Assembly (NCBI GenBank): GCA_964016885.1
Contig: OZ024746.1
Coordinates: 59,582,001 to 59,646,000 of the forward strand
From: Eledone cirrhosa
Taxonomy: Eukaryota
Reading direction: 5' to 3'
Length of the DNA: 64,000 nucleotides
The position numbers and the translations under genes were made by a program. The notes under the pieces are model-generated. The model worked only from the letters and a program-made list of their open reading frames with translations. It was not told where the DNA came from and searched no databases. Shown in pieces: positions 13,341-28,665 of the stretch; position 1 is the stretch's first letter; each line of letters starts with the position of its first letter.

Positions 13341-14181
13341 TATTAATGTTCGATATAACCCATACGTATGAGTATATATGTGTGTGTATGTATATATATA
13401 TATGTGTGTGTGTATATATATGTGTGTAGAGTTCGTGTTTGTGTTGTGGTTTATCTTAAAAGACTCCACTTGCATTTTCAATTTCGTTTTCTTATATTTT
13501 TTCCCGTGTGGGACACTTTAGAAACCTTACTTTCTTATATATACATATATAAGCATTGTATAGCAAGCCACATAGGACACTGGAATAGTTCCTTGATTTT
13601 CCTCGGAACAAGAGATATTAATCTCAAAATATCAGGACATAAACTAAGGTAAAAAAAAGCAGCCCCTGTTTCTTACGATTGATTATTTTCCGTCTAAACC
13701 CACATTGTCGTGGCTTTCCAATTTCGAATTCTTTATATATATATACATGTGTGTGTATGTGTGTGTGGGGGGGGGGTCTCTCTCTCTCTGTGTTTGTGTG
13801 TGTGTGTGGGAATTTCGTATTTCTAAAGAAATATGGTATATTTATAAATAAACATTTAGAAAGCCATAGCTATGCAAAAACACCAGCAGTTATTGCCACC
13901 TGGTGGTGTCCAGCAGAAGCAAGCGGGACAATCTTCGATGCATTTCGAACTCAGCTGGTTCTTCTCAGGACGATCTCTCCCGTTCTTGCAATTGCTGGAC
14001 TTTGAAAACAGGCTAGATTATATAGGTTTGACTTCTGTGTAAATGAGGTGATTAATCTCATTTGCATATGAAGCTGTATAAGTTGGCTCAACTTATGCTA
14101 GAATAGAATTAGAATTTAGCTTCGAGCATAGCTGTATACAGATATATATTGTAATTTCGTATTTCTCTATATATATATTAC

Positions 14182-14217
<36 letters not shown>

Positions 14218-14744
14218 ATAAGTTTGAGTCTGTGTTTATGTCCCGTAACTTAGAGGCTTGATTAAAAGAAATCGATAAAATATGTACCGTAACTTGAAAA
14301 CATAAGTATTGGGGCTGATATGGATGACAACTCTTTAAGGAGGTGTCACAGTGTGGCCGCAGTCTAATGGCTGAAGCCAGTAAAAAATATGAAAGAATAT
14401 ACGAGTTTATGAGTAGAAAAGTAAAACATGATGTATTTAAATTTTCTTCATTTGAAATAATTTTCGATACATTCCAGCATTCGAAAAAATTCTTTCCAAT
14501 CAAAAGCATTTGATAAAATATCAAAAATAGCCCTGCTTTTAATGGCGACAGACCAGTTAGTACGAATTTGATTCCGTCTGTAAACGAAGTACATTTAGAA
14601 CGAAGCTGATTATTGGAAATACGAATGAAAATGTCAAATAACATGAATTCACGTATCACTGCTTCAGATCTAATGATATGTATTGCATGTAATTGTAAGG
14701 TTAGCATTTCAACAAATCTTGATTAATAATGTACTATATTTCTT

Positions 14745-16600
14745 ATGCTACAGCCGCAGCAGCTAATACTGCTACTACTGTTACTGCTACTGTTGCTGCT
14801 GTTGCTGCTGTTACTACTACTACAACAACTACTACTACTACTACTACTACTATTATTATTACTACTACTGCTATTACTACTATTATTACTACTACTGCTA
14901 TTACAGTTGCCACTAATACTACTACTACTAATATTACTACTCCTATCACCACCACTACTACTACTACCACTACTGCAACTACTGCAACTACCATTTCTGT
15001 TGCTACTGCTACTACTGTTGCTACTGCTACTACTACCACCACTACAACTGATGTTGCTACTATTACTACTACCACTGCTACGACTACAACAACTACTACT
15101 ACCACACACTACTACTACCATTAATACAGCTACCATTGTATTGCTACTACTACTACTACTAATACTACTACTACTACTATTACCACCACTACTACTACTA
15201 CTACCACCACTACTACTACCACCACTACTACCACCACCACTACTACTACTACCACCACTACTACTACCATCACTACCACTACTACCACCACCACTACTAC
15301 CATCACTACTACTACTACCACCACCTCTACCACTACTACTACTACCACCACTACCACCACTACTACTACTACAACCACTACTACTACCATCACCATCAAT
15401 ACCATCACCACCAATACCACCACCACCACTACCACTACTACCACCACTACTACTACCATCACCACCACTACTACCACCACCACCACTACTACCACCACCA
15501 CCACTACTACCATCACCACCACTACCACCACCACCACCACCACTACTACTACCACCACCACTACCACCACCACCACCTCTACTACTACTACAACCACTAC
15601 TACTACCATCACCATCAATACCATCACCACCAATACCACCACCACCACTACCACTACCATCACCACCACTACTACCACCACCACCACTACTACCACCACC
15701 ACCACTACTACCATCACCACCACTACCACCACCACCACCACCACTACTACCATCACCACCACTACCACCACCACCACCACCACTACTACTACCACCACCA
15801 CCACCACTACCACCACCACCACCTCTACTACTACTACCATCACCATCAATACCATCACCACCAATACCACCACCACCACTACCACTACTACCACCACCAC
15901 TACTACCATCACCACCACTACCACCACCACCACCACCACTACTACTACCACCACCACTACCACCACCACCACCTCTACTACTACTACAACCACTACTACT
16001 ACCATCACCATCAATACCATCACCACCAATACCACCACCACCACTACCACTACCATCACCACCACTACTACCACCACCACCACCACTACTACCACCACCA
16101 CCACTACTACCATCACCACCACTACCACCACCACCACCACCACTACTACCATCACCACCACTACCACCACCACCACCACCACTACTACTACCACCACCAC
16201 CACCACTACCACCACCACCACCTCTACTACTACTACCATCACCATCAATACCATCACCACCAATACCACCACCACCACTACCACTACTACCACCACTACT
16301 ACTACCATCACCATCAATACCATCACCACCAATACCACCACCACCACTACCACTACTACCACCACTACTACTACCATCACCACCACTACCACCACCACCA
16401 CTACTACTACCACCACCACCACTACTACCACCATCACCACTACTACCATCACCACCACCACCACTACTACCATCACCACCACTACTACCATCACCACCAC
16501 TACTACCATCACCACCACTACCACCACCACCACCACCACTACTACCATCACCACCACCTCTACTACTACTACTACAACTCCTACAACTGCTGCTGCTGCT
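14745..16600. repeat. Compound (CTA/CCA)n array with higher-order duplications
   Basis: Recurrent block CCATCACCATCAATACCATCACCACCAATACCACC. The 627 aa Leu/Pro ORF is an artefact. Confidence 0.9.
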
Positions 16601-16926
16601 AATACTGCACCAAAATCTTCACAGATAATGTACCAGGTTCTCTCCTGTGTTCTTCAACCCAGAACCTTTCTTTAATGTCCGCCCTCAAAGTGTTCTTCAT
16701 TTCTTTTGGTAGTTTCAGTACTTCGCTATCTACCAAACACTTCTTTACAGATGAACCATTATATGTGAGTGTGTACGTGTGTGTGTGTGTGTTTGTTTGT
16801 GTGTGTGTGTGTGTGTATTTGTGTGTGTTTGTGTGTATGTGTTTGTGCTTGTATTGTATCGTGTGTATGTGTTTGTGCTTGTATTGCATGCGTATGTGTA
16901 TTTATGTGTGCAGACTGAAATATGTA

Positions 16927-16970
<44 letters not shown>

Positions 16971-16975
16971 ATATG

Positions 16976-17017
<42 letters not shown>

Positions 17018-17082
17018 AATATATGTGTGTACCTATATATATATATATATATATATGTATTTATTTATATATACATACATAA

Positions 17083-17133
<51 letters not shown>

Positions 17134-17914
17134 TATGTGTGTGTGTATATATATATATATACATATATATACATGTATGTACATGCATACTCATTTATAC
17201 ATACATCTTTCATACATACATGTATAAATACATACATACATACACACATACATACACACACGTTATTGACTGAGTGGGAGGCAATTTTAAGTGCGCTGCC
17301 GAGATTAATAGTTCTTATGTAGATAAGAGGGTAATGCAACTATCATCATAACCATCAAGTCATTGTAACCACTATAACCATCACACCACCCAACCAACAC
17401 ACCACCAACACCACACCATACCACACCACCATTACACTATCACACCATCAGCATCATAGCAGAAACCTCTTTGCCGCCGGTCTAGCTAAAATCAACAAAA
17501 ACAAAAACCAGCAGTATGATAGTGATAGTCGAGTAAATTTCAAAGTTAATATCAACCAGTTTAAAAAACTTTCATCTCAATGTATTTGAGAGCAATTTCG
17601 AAAACATCAAACATTTTAATAATAAAGAATATATTTTGTCAAACTTTCTGAAGAAGTTTAACTTAATTTAATATCACAATAACAAAGTTTGTTGTTTTGT
17701 TTGTGAATTTGTGAATGTATGAGTTTCTTAATTCTTTCTTAATATTAGTAAAAGAAATATGATATTTAAAACAACGCAACGATCCTCTGGTGTCTACGTA
17801 ATGTTACAAGATTTACTAAAGGAAGTTTATATTAAAGCATATTCTTTCATGACAGTTGTTTTCTTCCTAATTTTTACATACTAGTTGCATAACTAGAATA
17901 TCCTTGATCTCCTG

Positions 17915-19505
17915 ATCTGGTCTGGTGTGGTCTGGTGTGGTGTAGTGTGGTGTTGTGTGTTGTGGTGTGGTGTTGTGGTGTGTTGTGGTGTGTGGTTTGG
18001 AGTGGTGTGTTGTGGTGTTGTGTGGTGTGGTGGGATGGAATGTGACGTACTGTGGTATGGTGTGGTGTGGTGGGATGTGGTGTGCTGTGCTGTGGTGTGT
18101 TGTGTATTGTGGTGTGGTGTGGTGTAGTGTGGTGTGGTGTGGTGGGATGGAATGTGACGTACTGTGGTATGGTGTGGTCTGGCGGGGTGCGGTGTGCTGT
18201 GGTATGTTGTGTGCTGTGGTGTGTTGTGTATTGTGGTGTGGTGTAGTGTGGTGTGGTGTGGTGGGATGGACTGTGACGTACTGTGGTATGGTGTGGTCTG
18301 GCGGGGTGCGGTGTGCTGTGGTATGTTGTGTGTTGTGGTGTGGTGTGTTGTGGTGTGGTGTGTTTGGTGTAGTGTGGTGTGGTGTGGTGTGGTGTAGTGC
18401 GGTGTTGTGTGGTGTGGTGTAGTGTGGTGTAGTGTTTTGTAGTGTGGTGTGAGCGGATGGAGTTTCATGAAGTGTGGTGTGGTATAGTGTGGTGTGATGT
18501 GGTGTGTTGTGGTGTAGTGTGGTGTGATGTGGTGTTGTGTGGTGTGTTGTGATGTGGTGTGGTATAGTGTGGTGTGGTGTGCTGGGATGGAGTGTGGTGT
18601 GTTGTGGTGTTGTGTGGTGTGGTGTAGTGTTGAGTGGTGTGTTGTGGTGTTGTGAGGTGTGGTGTAGTGTAGTGTGATGTGGTATAGTGTGGTGGGATGG
18701 AGTGCGGTGTGTTGTAGTGTTGTGTGGTGTGGTGTAATGTGTTGTGGTGTGGTGTAGTGTGGTGTAGTGTGATGTGGTGTGGTGCGGTGTGGTGTGGTGT
18801 GGTGTGGTGTGGTATAGTCTAGTGCGGTGGGATGGAGTGCGGTGTGTTGTAGTGTTGTGTGGTGTGGTGTAATGTGTTGTGGTGTGGTGTAGTGTGGTGT
18901 AGTGTGATGTGATGTGGTGTGGTGCGGTGTGGTGTGGTGTGGTGTGGTGTGGTATAGCCTGGTGCGGTGGGATGGAGTGCGGTGTGTTGTAGTGTTGTGT
19001 GGTGTGGTGTGGTGTAGTGTGGTGTGGTATGGTGTGTTGTTGTGTGTTGTAGTGTTGTGTGGTGCGGTGTGGTGTGGTGTGGTACGGTGTGGTGTGGTGT
19101 GGTTTGGTGCGGTGGGATGTAGTGCGGTGTGTTATAGTGTTGTGTGGTGTGGTGTGGTGTGGTGTGGTGTGGTATGTTGTTGTGTATTGTAGTGTTGTAT
19201 GGTGTGGTGTGGTGTGGTGTGGTGTGTTGTTGTGTGTTGTAGTGTTGTGTGTTGCGGTGTGGTGTGGTGTGGTGTGGTGTGGTGTGTTGTTGTGTATTGT
19301 AGTGTTGTGTGGTGTGGTGTGGTGTGGTGTGGTGTGGTGTGGTGTGGTGTGGTGTGGTGTGTTGTTGTGTGTTGTAGTGTTGTGTGTTGCGGTGTGGTGT
19401 GGTGTGGTGTGGTGCGGTGTGGTGTGGTGTGGTGTGGTGTGGTATGGTGTGGTGTGTTGTGGTGTTGAGTGGTGTAGTGGGATGAGGTTTCATGTGGTGT
19501 AGTGT
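17915..19505. repeat. (TGGTG)n pentanucleotide array
   Basis: Directly visible; a second array is at 40700-41235. Confidence 0.9.
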
Positions 19506-19680
19506 TGTTTGATCGAAATGGTGTGGGAGGCGAGATGATATTGTGACAATGTGAACGTATACTGATGACATCTGATGTGTCTCATGTTCTCTACTATATA
19601 TGGAAATGCTGGTTACACACACACACACACACATATATATATATGTATGTATGTTGTATGTGTGTGTGTGTATACGTGCG

Positions 19681-19728
<48 letters not shown>

Positions 19729-20579
19729 CAAGAAATATTCTCTTATTTAAAACAGACGTCCTCCACTACCTCCGAATTTATTAGAGTATAGCTTTTAATA
19801 ACCTTTTCCATTTGATTCATATTACATTGCTCCTTCTTTTCTTACATCTACCCCACCCACCCCCACCCCCCAATACACACACACACAGACACACATACAA
19901 ACCATATAGATAGTAAACTCCTTTCAGTATTAAGTTTACTGATATAGAAATCAATAATGCATTAACCGTAAGAGTTAGTGGGTTATTTGTATTTTTGTTG
20001 TTTTTTCTCCCAATTCCTATAACTTCCCCAAACTGTAATTATATTTTAGGGAGAGGTAAAAACATCTTGTTAACCTAGTATGTTGATCGTCACAAAAAGC
20101 TATAGTTTAATTTTCTTAAATCTAGATTCGTTTATTTTTTTCGTCCATTTATGTATCATAGTAGTGAAGCCGTGCCGTCAAAAATGATGGCAATAGCGTT
20201 AAATGTATTTAATTTGGGGGCTTGCTGGATTGGTATGCCTTATATAAGAGGATTACCAGATATATGAACTATTATACATACATACATACTAGGAAATTTG
20301 CATTTTAATAAATCAATGGATTGTGTAAAGTAAACACTATAGTTTATATTGATTACCGATACGTGGAAATAATTAAAGACGAGAATGATATTTTAATAAC
20401 TTATTTTTAGGATATAATTAGATAAATGTTCAGCATATATGAACAAATGTCATACAGGATTAAATGTATGAGTAACTTTGAAGAAATAACTGTTTTCAGG
20501 GACAATTGTATGGTTAGAACCCAGGACTTGTGATTGAAAAACGAACTTCTATTTTAGCAGTATGACTGAGATAGGAAAT

Positions 20580-21032
20580 GCAGTGGATTGGTAGAATCGG
20601 TAGAGGGTCGGATGCCATGCTTTACAGTATAGAGTTTCGGCCCTTTATGTTCTGAGTTCAAATCCCGCCAAGGTTAACTTTGTTTTTCATCCTTACGGGG
20701 TCGATAAAATAAAGTACCAGTAATACACTGGAGTCGATTTAATCGACTTTCCCCTCCCCCAAAATTGCTGGCCTTGTGCCTAAAGTAGAAACAATTATAT
20801 GTGAGAGTGTAGGGCGGTAGATTGGCAGTATCGGTAGATGGTCTGACGCTATGCTTTGCAGCATAGAGTTATGGCCCTTCGTGATCTGAGTTCAAATCCC
20901 GCCAAGGTTAACTTTGCCTTTCATCTTTACGGGGTCGATAAAATAAAGTACCAGTCACGCACTGGGATCGATTAGATCGACTTTCCCCTCCCCCAGAACT
21001 GCTAGCCTTGTGCCTATATAAGAAACCATTAT
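20580..21032 (+). mobile_element. Two tandem SINE family A copies
   Basis: Consensus match. Confidence 0.9.
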
Positions 21033-21232
21033 ATGTGTGTGAATTTTAAAATTCCAGACAGCGATATATAGAAATAAATATACAAACTCACATCTACAAA
21101 CTACTATTAAGCCATAGTTGCGGAAGGCATGATAGTTTGGCTAAAGAGATCGTTTCGAAACCTTTTCTTACTGTATTAATACTCTAACACAAGCATTATG
21201 ACCAAAGTCTGGAGGAAAGGAAAATCAGATTA

Positions 21233-21403
21233 CCGTATTTCCCGGCGCCGAAGATGCTTCGTCCTCGAGGACGCACCCTAATTTTGACAACCAAAAATTT
21301 GAAAAAAAAAACTAATAAACAACCTTCGGCCTCCAGGACGCATGGTAGATTTTTGAGAGTTATTTTAGGGAAAAAGTAGCGTCTTCGACGCCAGGAAATA
21401 TGG
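21233..21403. mobile_element. Tc1/mariner-superfamily (pogo/Tc2-like) MITE
   Basis: ~26 bp TIRs CCGTATTTCCCGGCGCCGAAGATGCT / AGCGTCTTCGACGCCAGGAAATATGG with TA on both sides; interrupts an old SINE. Confidence 0.8.
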
Positions 21404-22868
21404 TATATCGACTGGTACTTTATTTTATCAACCCTACGATCGTCAGGCGAGAACCCTAAACACTAAGCCCCATAGCAAGTATAATGTATTAACATCGGTA
21501 GAACACTGAATAAATTATGTTCGGGTGTTTAGTTACGTTTCTATACATTCTGATTTTGAATTCTGTCGAGAATAACACACCCATTAACTACTGGCGTCTA
21601 TTTAGTTGACAAGCTCTTTCCCTAAATTATGAGTCTCTGTAGCTATGTTAAAATTCATTATTTAATCCTCCCAGAAGATCTCTAAGGATAGATAAAATGC
21701 AGTTCTAGTTAAATGCCTATAATTCGAAGGGCCAGTGTTGGCGCACAGTGTTACGTTGAATCTCACCCCGAAATACGTTATGGGTTACACGTTTTTCTAG
21801 AATGTTAACTTTACAAGTAGTCTGTTCCGTTGATCACAAGTAACTAACTGAAATACACACCCTCGAAACCGACGGAAACCCATTCCATTCATGTTTACCC
21901 TTGCCAAGACTATATTTAATTCAGATTATTTTTATATTCAAACTAGCATTTGTTTACAAACCGTAGACTTTCAAATTTTCAAAATATTTTACTAGCTTCA
22001 ACTTTATTCAATTTTCTTTTCTTTTTTGCGGGGGAGGGGGGGTTAAGTGGGCGGAGTAGACTTTGGTAGAAATTCAACCAGCTTTTAGACAATAAATTTC
22101 ATGACACGATCAAAATATTTCAAAGAATTTTATCCTCTACGTATTTTTCCTCGCCATGCGATCATTACAGCTCATTTAAAGCAAGATGATGAAGCCAATA
22201 TGTCTGACTCGATTCAAACTTCCATATATAATGGCTGCTAATTAAATCCAACAGCAAATTACTACGTCCTCATATTGAAATCATTATCGCCTCTTACGTC
22301 CTATTTCTGCTTTTTCTACTTCTGCTACATCTTCTCCTATTTTATTGTCTTCTTCTCCCTCTCCCCCATTATTATCATCATCGTCTGCTTCTTCCATTTC
22401 GTCTTCTTCGACGTCTTCGTCATTTTTGCTTTCTTCATCTTCTGTTTCTTCTTCATGGTCGTCTGCTTTCCTTTCATTGTCTTCTTCTCCATTATTTTCT
22501 TCATCTTTCGCTTCTTTTCCTTTCTGTTACTTCAACCTTTTTGTTGTTTTTTTTATTTTCTGTTTCCTTCTCCCCCTCATCATCATCATCATTATTATCA
22601 TATTTCTCATTTTCGTTCTCAACTTACTTAATATCATCATTATCATCAACATCCACATCACCATCACCATTATCATCATTACCATCATTATTATTAATAT
22701 ATTAGATAGATGTGCATGAACTAGGGCAGTACAAATTTAGTTAATCTAAGCGAGAGCTTTAATCACTCAGAGTGCACAACGACTCAGCAGATAATCGGTG
22801 GTATTATTTTATAACCACGTGATATATATATATATGTGTATATATAAATATATATATATATATTTATA

Positions 22869-23025
<157 letters not shown>

Positions 23026-23066
23026 CGAGATATACATATATACATATATATATATGTATATATATA

Positions 23067-23144
<78 letters not shown>

Positions 23145-23157
23145 GTATATATATATT

Positions 23158-23199
<42 letters not shown>

Positions 23200-23303
23200 T
23201 ATATACATATATACATATATATATATATATAACATATATATATATATGTGTGTGAGTGTGAAACTAACAAAACTTTTTGTGCCTGTTTGTTGTGTCCTTG
23301 AAC

Positions 23304-23389
<86 letters not shown>

Positions 23390-23514
23390 TACATACATAT
23401 ATATATACATATATATATATATGTATATATATACATACATATATATAGATATATACATATATACATATATATACATATATACATATATACATATATATAT
23501 ATACATATACATAT

Positions 23515-23727
<213 letters not shown>

Positions 23728-23794
23728 TATATATAAACTTATGTATACATAGCGGCAATCCGTGAAAAGCAGAATAGAAATAGTGTAATATGAA

Positions 23795-24724
23795 ACAAAG
23801 CCAGCAATTACCCAGTACATTACTGGTACTTTATTTTATCGACCCTCTAAGGATGAAAGGCATAATTATATAATTGTTTCTACTTTAGGCACAAGGCCAG
23901 CAAATACCCAGTACATTACTGGTACTTTATTTTATCGACCCTGTAAGGATGAGAGGCATAATTATATAATTGTTTCTACTTTAGGCACAAGGCCAGCAAT
24001 TACCCAGTACATTACTGGTACTTTATTTTATCGACCCTCTAAGGATGAAAGGCATAATTATATAATTGTTTCTACTTTAGGCACAAGGCCAGCAAATACC
24101 CAGTACATTACTGGTACTTTATTTTATCGACCCTGTAAGGATGAAAGGCATAATTATATAATTGTTTCTACTTTAGGCACAAGGCCAGCAAATACCCAGT
24201 ACATTACTGGTACTTTATTTTATCGACCCTGTAAGGATGAAAGGCATAATTATATAATTGTTTCTACTTTAGGCACAAGGCCAGCAAATACCCAGTACAT
24301 TACTGGTACTTTATTTTATCGACCATGTAAGGATGAAAGGCATAATTATATAATTGTTTCTACTTTAGGCACAAGGCCAGCAAATACTCAGTACATTACT
24401 GGTACTTTATTTTATCGACCCTGTAAGGATGAAAGGCATAATTATATAATTGTTTCTACTTTAGGCACAAGGCCAGCAAATACCCAGTACATTACTGGTA
24501 CTTTATTTTATCGACCCTCTAAGGATGAAAGGCATAATTATATAATTGTTTCTACTTTAGGCACAAGGCCAGCAAATACCCAGTACATTACTGGTACTTT
24601 ATTTTATCGACCCTGTAAGGATGAAAGGCATAATTATATAATTGTTTCTACTTTAGGCACAAGGCCAGCAATTTAACCAGTGCATTACTGGTACTTTATT
24701 TTATCGACCCGCATAATTATATAA
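23795..24724 (-). repeat. 96 bp tandem repeat (~9.6 copies) made of the SINE A 3' half
   Basis: Unit starts at 23861, 23957, 24053 ... 24629; copies are near-identical. Confidence 0.95.
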
Positions 24725-25294
24725 TATTCTCTACTTTGGTATTGATCACTTTTAACTCGAGTCTGTAAGCCCAAACATATGTACATGCATTACACACACA
24801 CACATACACACACACACATACAAACACACACACAACCACACACACACGCACACACACACGCACACACACACACAAACGCACAAACAAACAAACAAATACA
24901 CACACAAACAAACACACACACACATACAAAGACACACACACACAAACACACACACAAACAAACACACACACACACACAAACACACAGACAAACAAACAAA
25001 TACATACACAAACAAACACACACACACACCACACAAACAAACAAACACACACACAAACAAATACACACACACATAAACACAAACAAACACACACACACAC
25101 ACACACGCGCGCAAACACAAACAAACACACACATACACACACTCAAACACACATACACACAAACACACACACAAAAATACACACACACAAACATACACAC
25201 ATACACACACATATACACACAAACACACACATACACACATACACACACACACACACAAACACACACAAACACACACCCACGTACACATACAATC

Positions 25295-25338
<44 letters not shown>

Positions 25339-25387
25339 AAAACGAGAAACAGATACAAAAACAATTAGTGTTATTAGTTCCTTCTGA

Positions 25388-25575
25388 GGGCGGTGGATTG
25401 GCAGTATCGGTAGAGGGTCGGACGCCATGCTTTGCAGCATAGAGTTACGGCTCTTTAAGATCTGAGCTCAAATCCCGCCGAGGTTAACTTTGTCGATAAA
25501 GTAAAGTACCAGTCACGCACTGAGGTCGATTTAATCGACTTTCCCCTCCCCCTAATTACTGGCCTTGTAAGAAAC
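25388..25575 (+). mobile_element. SINE family A with TSD
   Basis: Consensus match; TSD TATTAGTTCCTTCTGA. Confidence 0.9.
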
Positions 25576-25867
25576 CGGTATTAGTTCCTTCTGACATGTA
25601 ACACTTTCAACTGTACAATAATCTGAGAAGTTCAACGTATCGGACGTTAGTCCTTCGTCAGGAGAGTACGATAGTAGATAGATTAGAAAACAAATAGAAA
25701 AAGGGAGACATGTGAGTGTGTGTGTGTGATGTTATTAATTTCTTGTGTGTATCGGCGTATATATTGGTGGAATGGGCTGTACATTGTTCCTGATGGTATC
25801 CAAGAGTGTATGGTTGTATTAACATTGTATTAGTGTATAGTTTGCCTGTGTATGTATGAAATATATA

Positions 25868-25934
<67 letters not shown>

Positions 25935-26641
25935 ATATATATATATTTATATATGCGTGTGTTGGGGGGGGGGTATGTATATGTGTATGTATGTATATGT
26001 GTATGTATATATATATATATATATACGCATACATATATACAAACATACAAACATACATACATTAATTCATACATACATAGAAGGGAAGTGTGTAAGTGTG
26101 TGTACATGCAAAAACAGTACATTCTTTAAGCAAGAACAGTACATTCTTCTGTGAATTACGGTTTTGTGTTTCGTTCGACAGCAACAGCAACCAGCGCAAC
26201 ATCAACAGCAGCAACAACAAGGCAAGGGTGGTGGACGAGGATGCTTCGAAATATTTCGTATAAAAGTGTAAAAGTTGTTGAAATGTAACAGAAAACAATA
26301 TGGCGGCCCTGTTAGTGAAATTACATTCCGTGGAAACTCTTTAAAATGATTGCCGCCAGGTTTTGATGTGATGTTGCAATCCTGATTTCAGGCAAAAACT
26401 GTCGATAAGAATCGTACAACTATCAGTGAGATAAGACGACTAAGAAGATTACCCTCAAGTCGTTTTCCTATCAAACAGCCATTAATATGTCAAAGTGAAT
26501 CATTTCAGTTGAGGAATTTCCCATCTCGCCGCCATTTTTTGATTGGTTGGCACAGATTGAAAGTTGCACCAATGTTTGGTGGTTATATTCAACTACCCTC
26601 AACAACACTATAGTTATGTCGTGATTTACGTGAGGAATGCG

Positions 26642-26677
<36 letters not shown>

Positions 26678-26698
26678 GCTGTGATCGTGTGATTGTGT

Positions 26699-26741
<43 letters not shown>

Positions 26742-26848
26742 TGTGTGTGTGTGTGCGTTTATACATGTGTGTGTGTGCATGCGCCTGCTTGTGTGAGTCT
26801 GCATGTCTGTGAATAGATAGACATATAGGACATATTGATGGATATATG

Positions 26849-26938
<90 letters not shown>

Positions 26939-26989
26939 TACAGATATAGATATAGATATATACATATACTCTAACGGAGCATATGTATA

Positions 26990-27074
<85 letters not shown>

Positions 27075-27461
27075 GTGTCGGTGTGTATATTTTCAGTTGT
27101 TACAGCTGCTCTCGTTGCTTTTGTTGTTGTAGTTGTTACTACTGTTTTACAGCCAATTGTCCTTATACTTTCTGCAACATTTTGCTGTTGTTGCAGATAT
27201 TGTTGATATACAATAGTTGTAGCTATTGTTGGCGTTGTTGCTATCGTTGCTGCTGCTATGTTGCTGCAATAGTAGTTATTATTTCTGGTGCTATCCCTCC
27301 CAGGTTGCTATTATTTAACCTTTTTTAGCAAACCGCCTAAAACCACCCCTTATTTTAAGATACGAAGCTGTTTATCTAAAGTATTTATATTTATCTAAAA
27401 ACCTTCCACCATAATTTTACGTAATGACATTTGTTAAGTAATGCCTCAAACACCAGCTCAA

Positions 27462-27706
27462 TAATTGTTTCTACTTTTGGCACAAGGCCAGCAATTACCC
27501 CAGTGCTTTACTGGTGCTTTTTTTTGGGGGGGGGGAGGAAAGTCGATTAAATCGACCCCAGTGCTAAACTGGTGCTTATTTTATCGACCCACTAAGGAGG
27601 AAAGGCAAAGTTAACCGCGGCGAGATTTGAATTCTGAACGTAAAGGACCATAACTCTGTGCTGCGAAGCTTGGTATCTGATGCTCTACCGATACTGCCAA
27701 TCCATC
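27462..27706 (-). mobile_element. SINE family A (diverged)
   Basis: Consensus match. Confidence 0.85.
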
Positions 27707-27789
27707 ACCCAATCCACCAGCTTAATAATGCGAAAGTTAGTTATATTTCTAAACTATCCAAATTCTTGATTATTTCCAAAATAGGTACT

Positions 27790-28020
27790 GTCTTTCGGCT
27801 GAGGAGGGCAAACTCTCCAGGTATAGGTCTCTCTCCGACAGGTTTACGGTCGTGCTCTAGCAGTGGAGACTTCTGGTGTCATTGGCCCTAGGGCTACCTC
27901 CCTATTTACCACCATAGGCGCTGACCTGGCTAGCCGCTGGTGTGAGCCTCACGAGATTGAATGGATCTTCCAGCGCATCTCCCTTACCATCCTCCGGGAA
28001 AACGCCTGCTCCACCGGGGC
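27790..28020 (+). pseudogene. C-terminal restriction-like endonuclease fragment of a CRE-like non-LTR retrotransposon
   Basis: AEEGKLSRYRSLSDRF / AVETSGVIGPRATSLFTTIGADLA...EPHEIEWIFQRISLTILRENA fits E-x-K-xx-KY ... AVETxG ... QRxSxAIQRGNA; frameshifted. Confidence 0.7.
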
Positions 28021-28606
28021 CGTGGGGCGGCCAGCACGTGTGACCCCATTTGCTCACAATACAGAGAGATGGGGAGGGCGAGAGAGATGGAGGCAATGAC
28101 AGTAGGAGTTCAGCTCTTCCATGTTCGGACCTGCTGTGCAACGTCAGTTGTCCGTAGGGAGGTAGTGGTTTGTACTTAGCGAAGGTTTTCAGACTCAGTA
28201 AGAATTGGTATCGCTTCACTTTACTGATATTCCAGAGAAAACGTACAAACACTACACCATAATATTTTAGTCCCAAGTCAACACTTATTCTGCAGATGTA
28301 AAATGAAAAACATCCCAGGAGTGACTGACCTGTTTTTATTTCAGTGTGTCTAGGACTATGTTATTTAATGTGACCTTTCATTCTCTGGAGTTGAATGTGA
28401 TGTAAGGCAAATTTGGACCATTTAGAGGCCAAAATCAAAATTGCTAAGATAATAAAAGAATCTTACCTTAGCAAATATGATGAGGTAAGATTATTTTGTT
28501 ATCTTAGCAATCTTGATTTTCTTTCAAGTGCATTGTATGATTTTCAAAATTATTTTATTTTGTGTTTCCTATTCAACAATGCTTCAAGAAAACTACAACA
28601 TTCTGA

Positions 28607-28660
<54 letters not shown>

Positions 28661-28665
<5 letters not shown>

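Larger units (their letters stand above)
12793..13370. mobile_element. Fold-back element (~115 bp arms) with a central hammerhead, interrupted by a SINE
   Basis: Arm 12793-12909 is the diverged reverse complement of 13013-13122 plus 13341-13370. Confidence 0.75.

Noticed and set aside
14093-14707. 204 aa ORF
   Set aside because: Runs through a SINE relic and a microsatellite; no domain.
14745-16628. 627 aa Leu/Pro ORF (extensin-like)
   Set aside because: Translation of a (CTA/CCA)n array; open on both strands; no domain or splice context.
16599-16760. Possible host exon (DSEVLKLPKEMKNTLRADIKERFW)
   Set aside because: No recognisable homology and weak splice signals.
23795-24724. CRISPR-like array
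   Set aside because: No unique spacers, the unit is SINE-derived, eukaryotic context, no cas genes.
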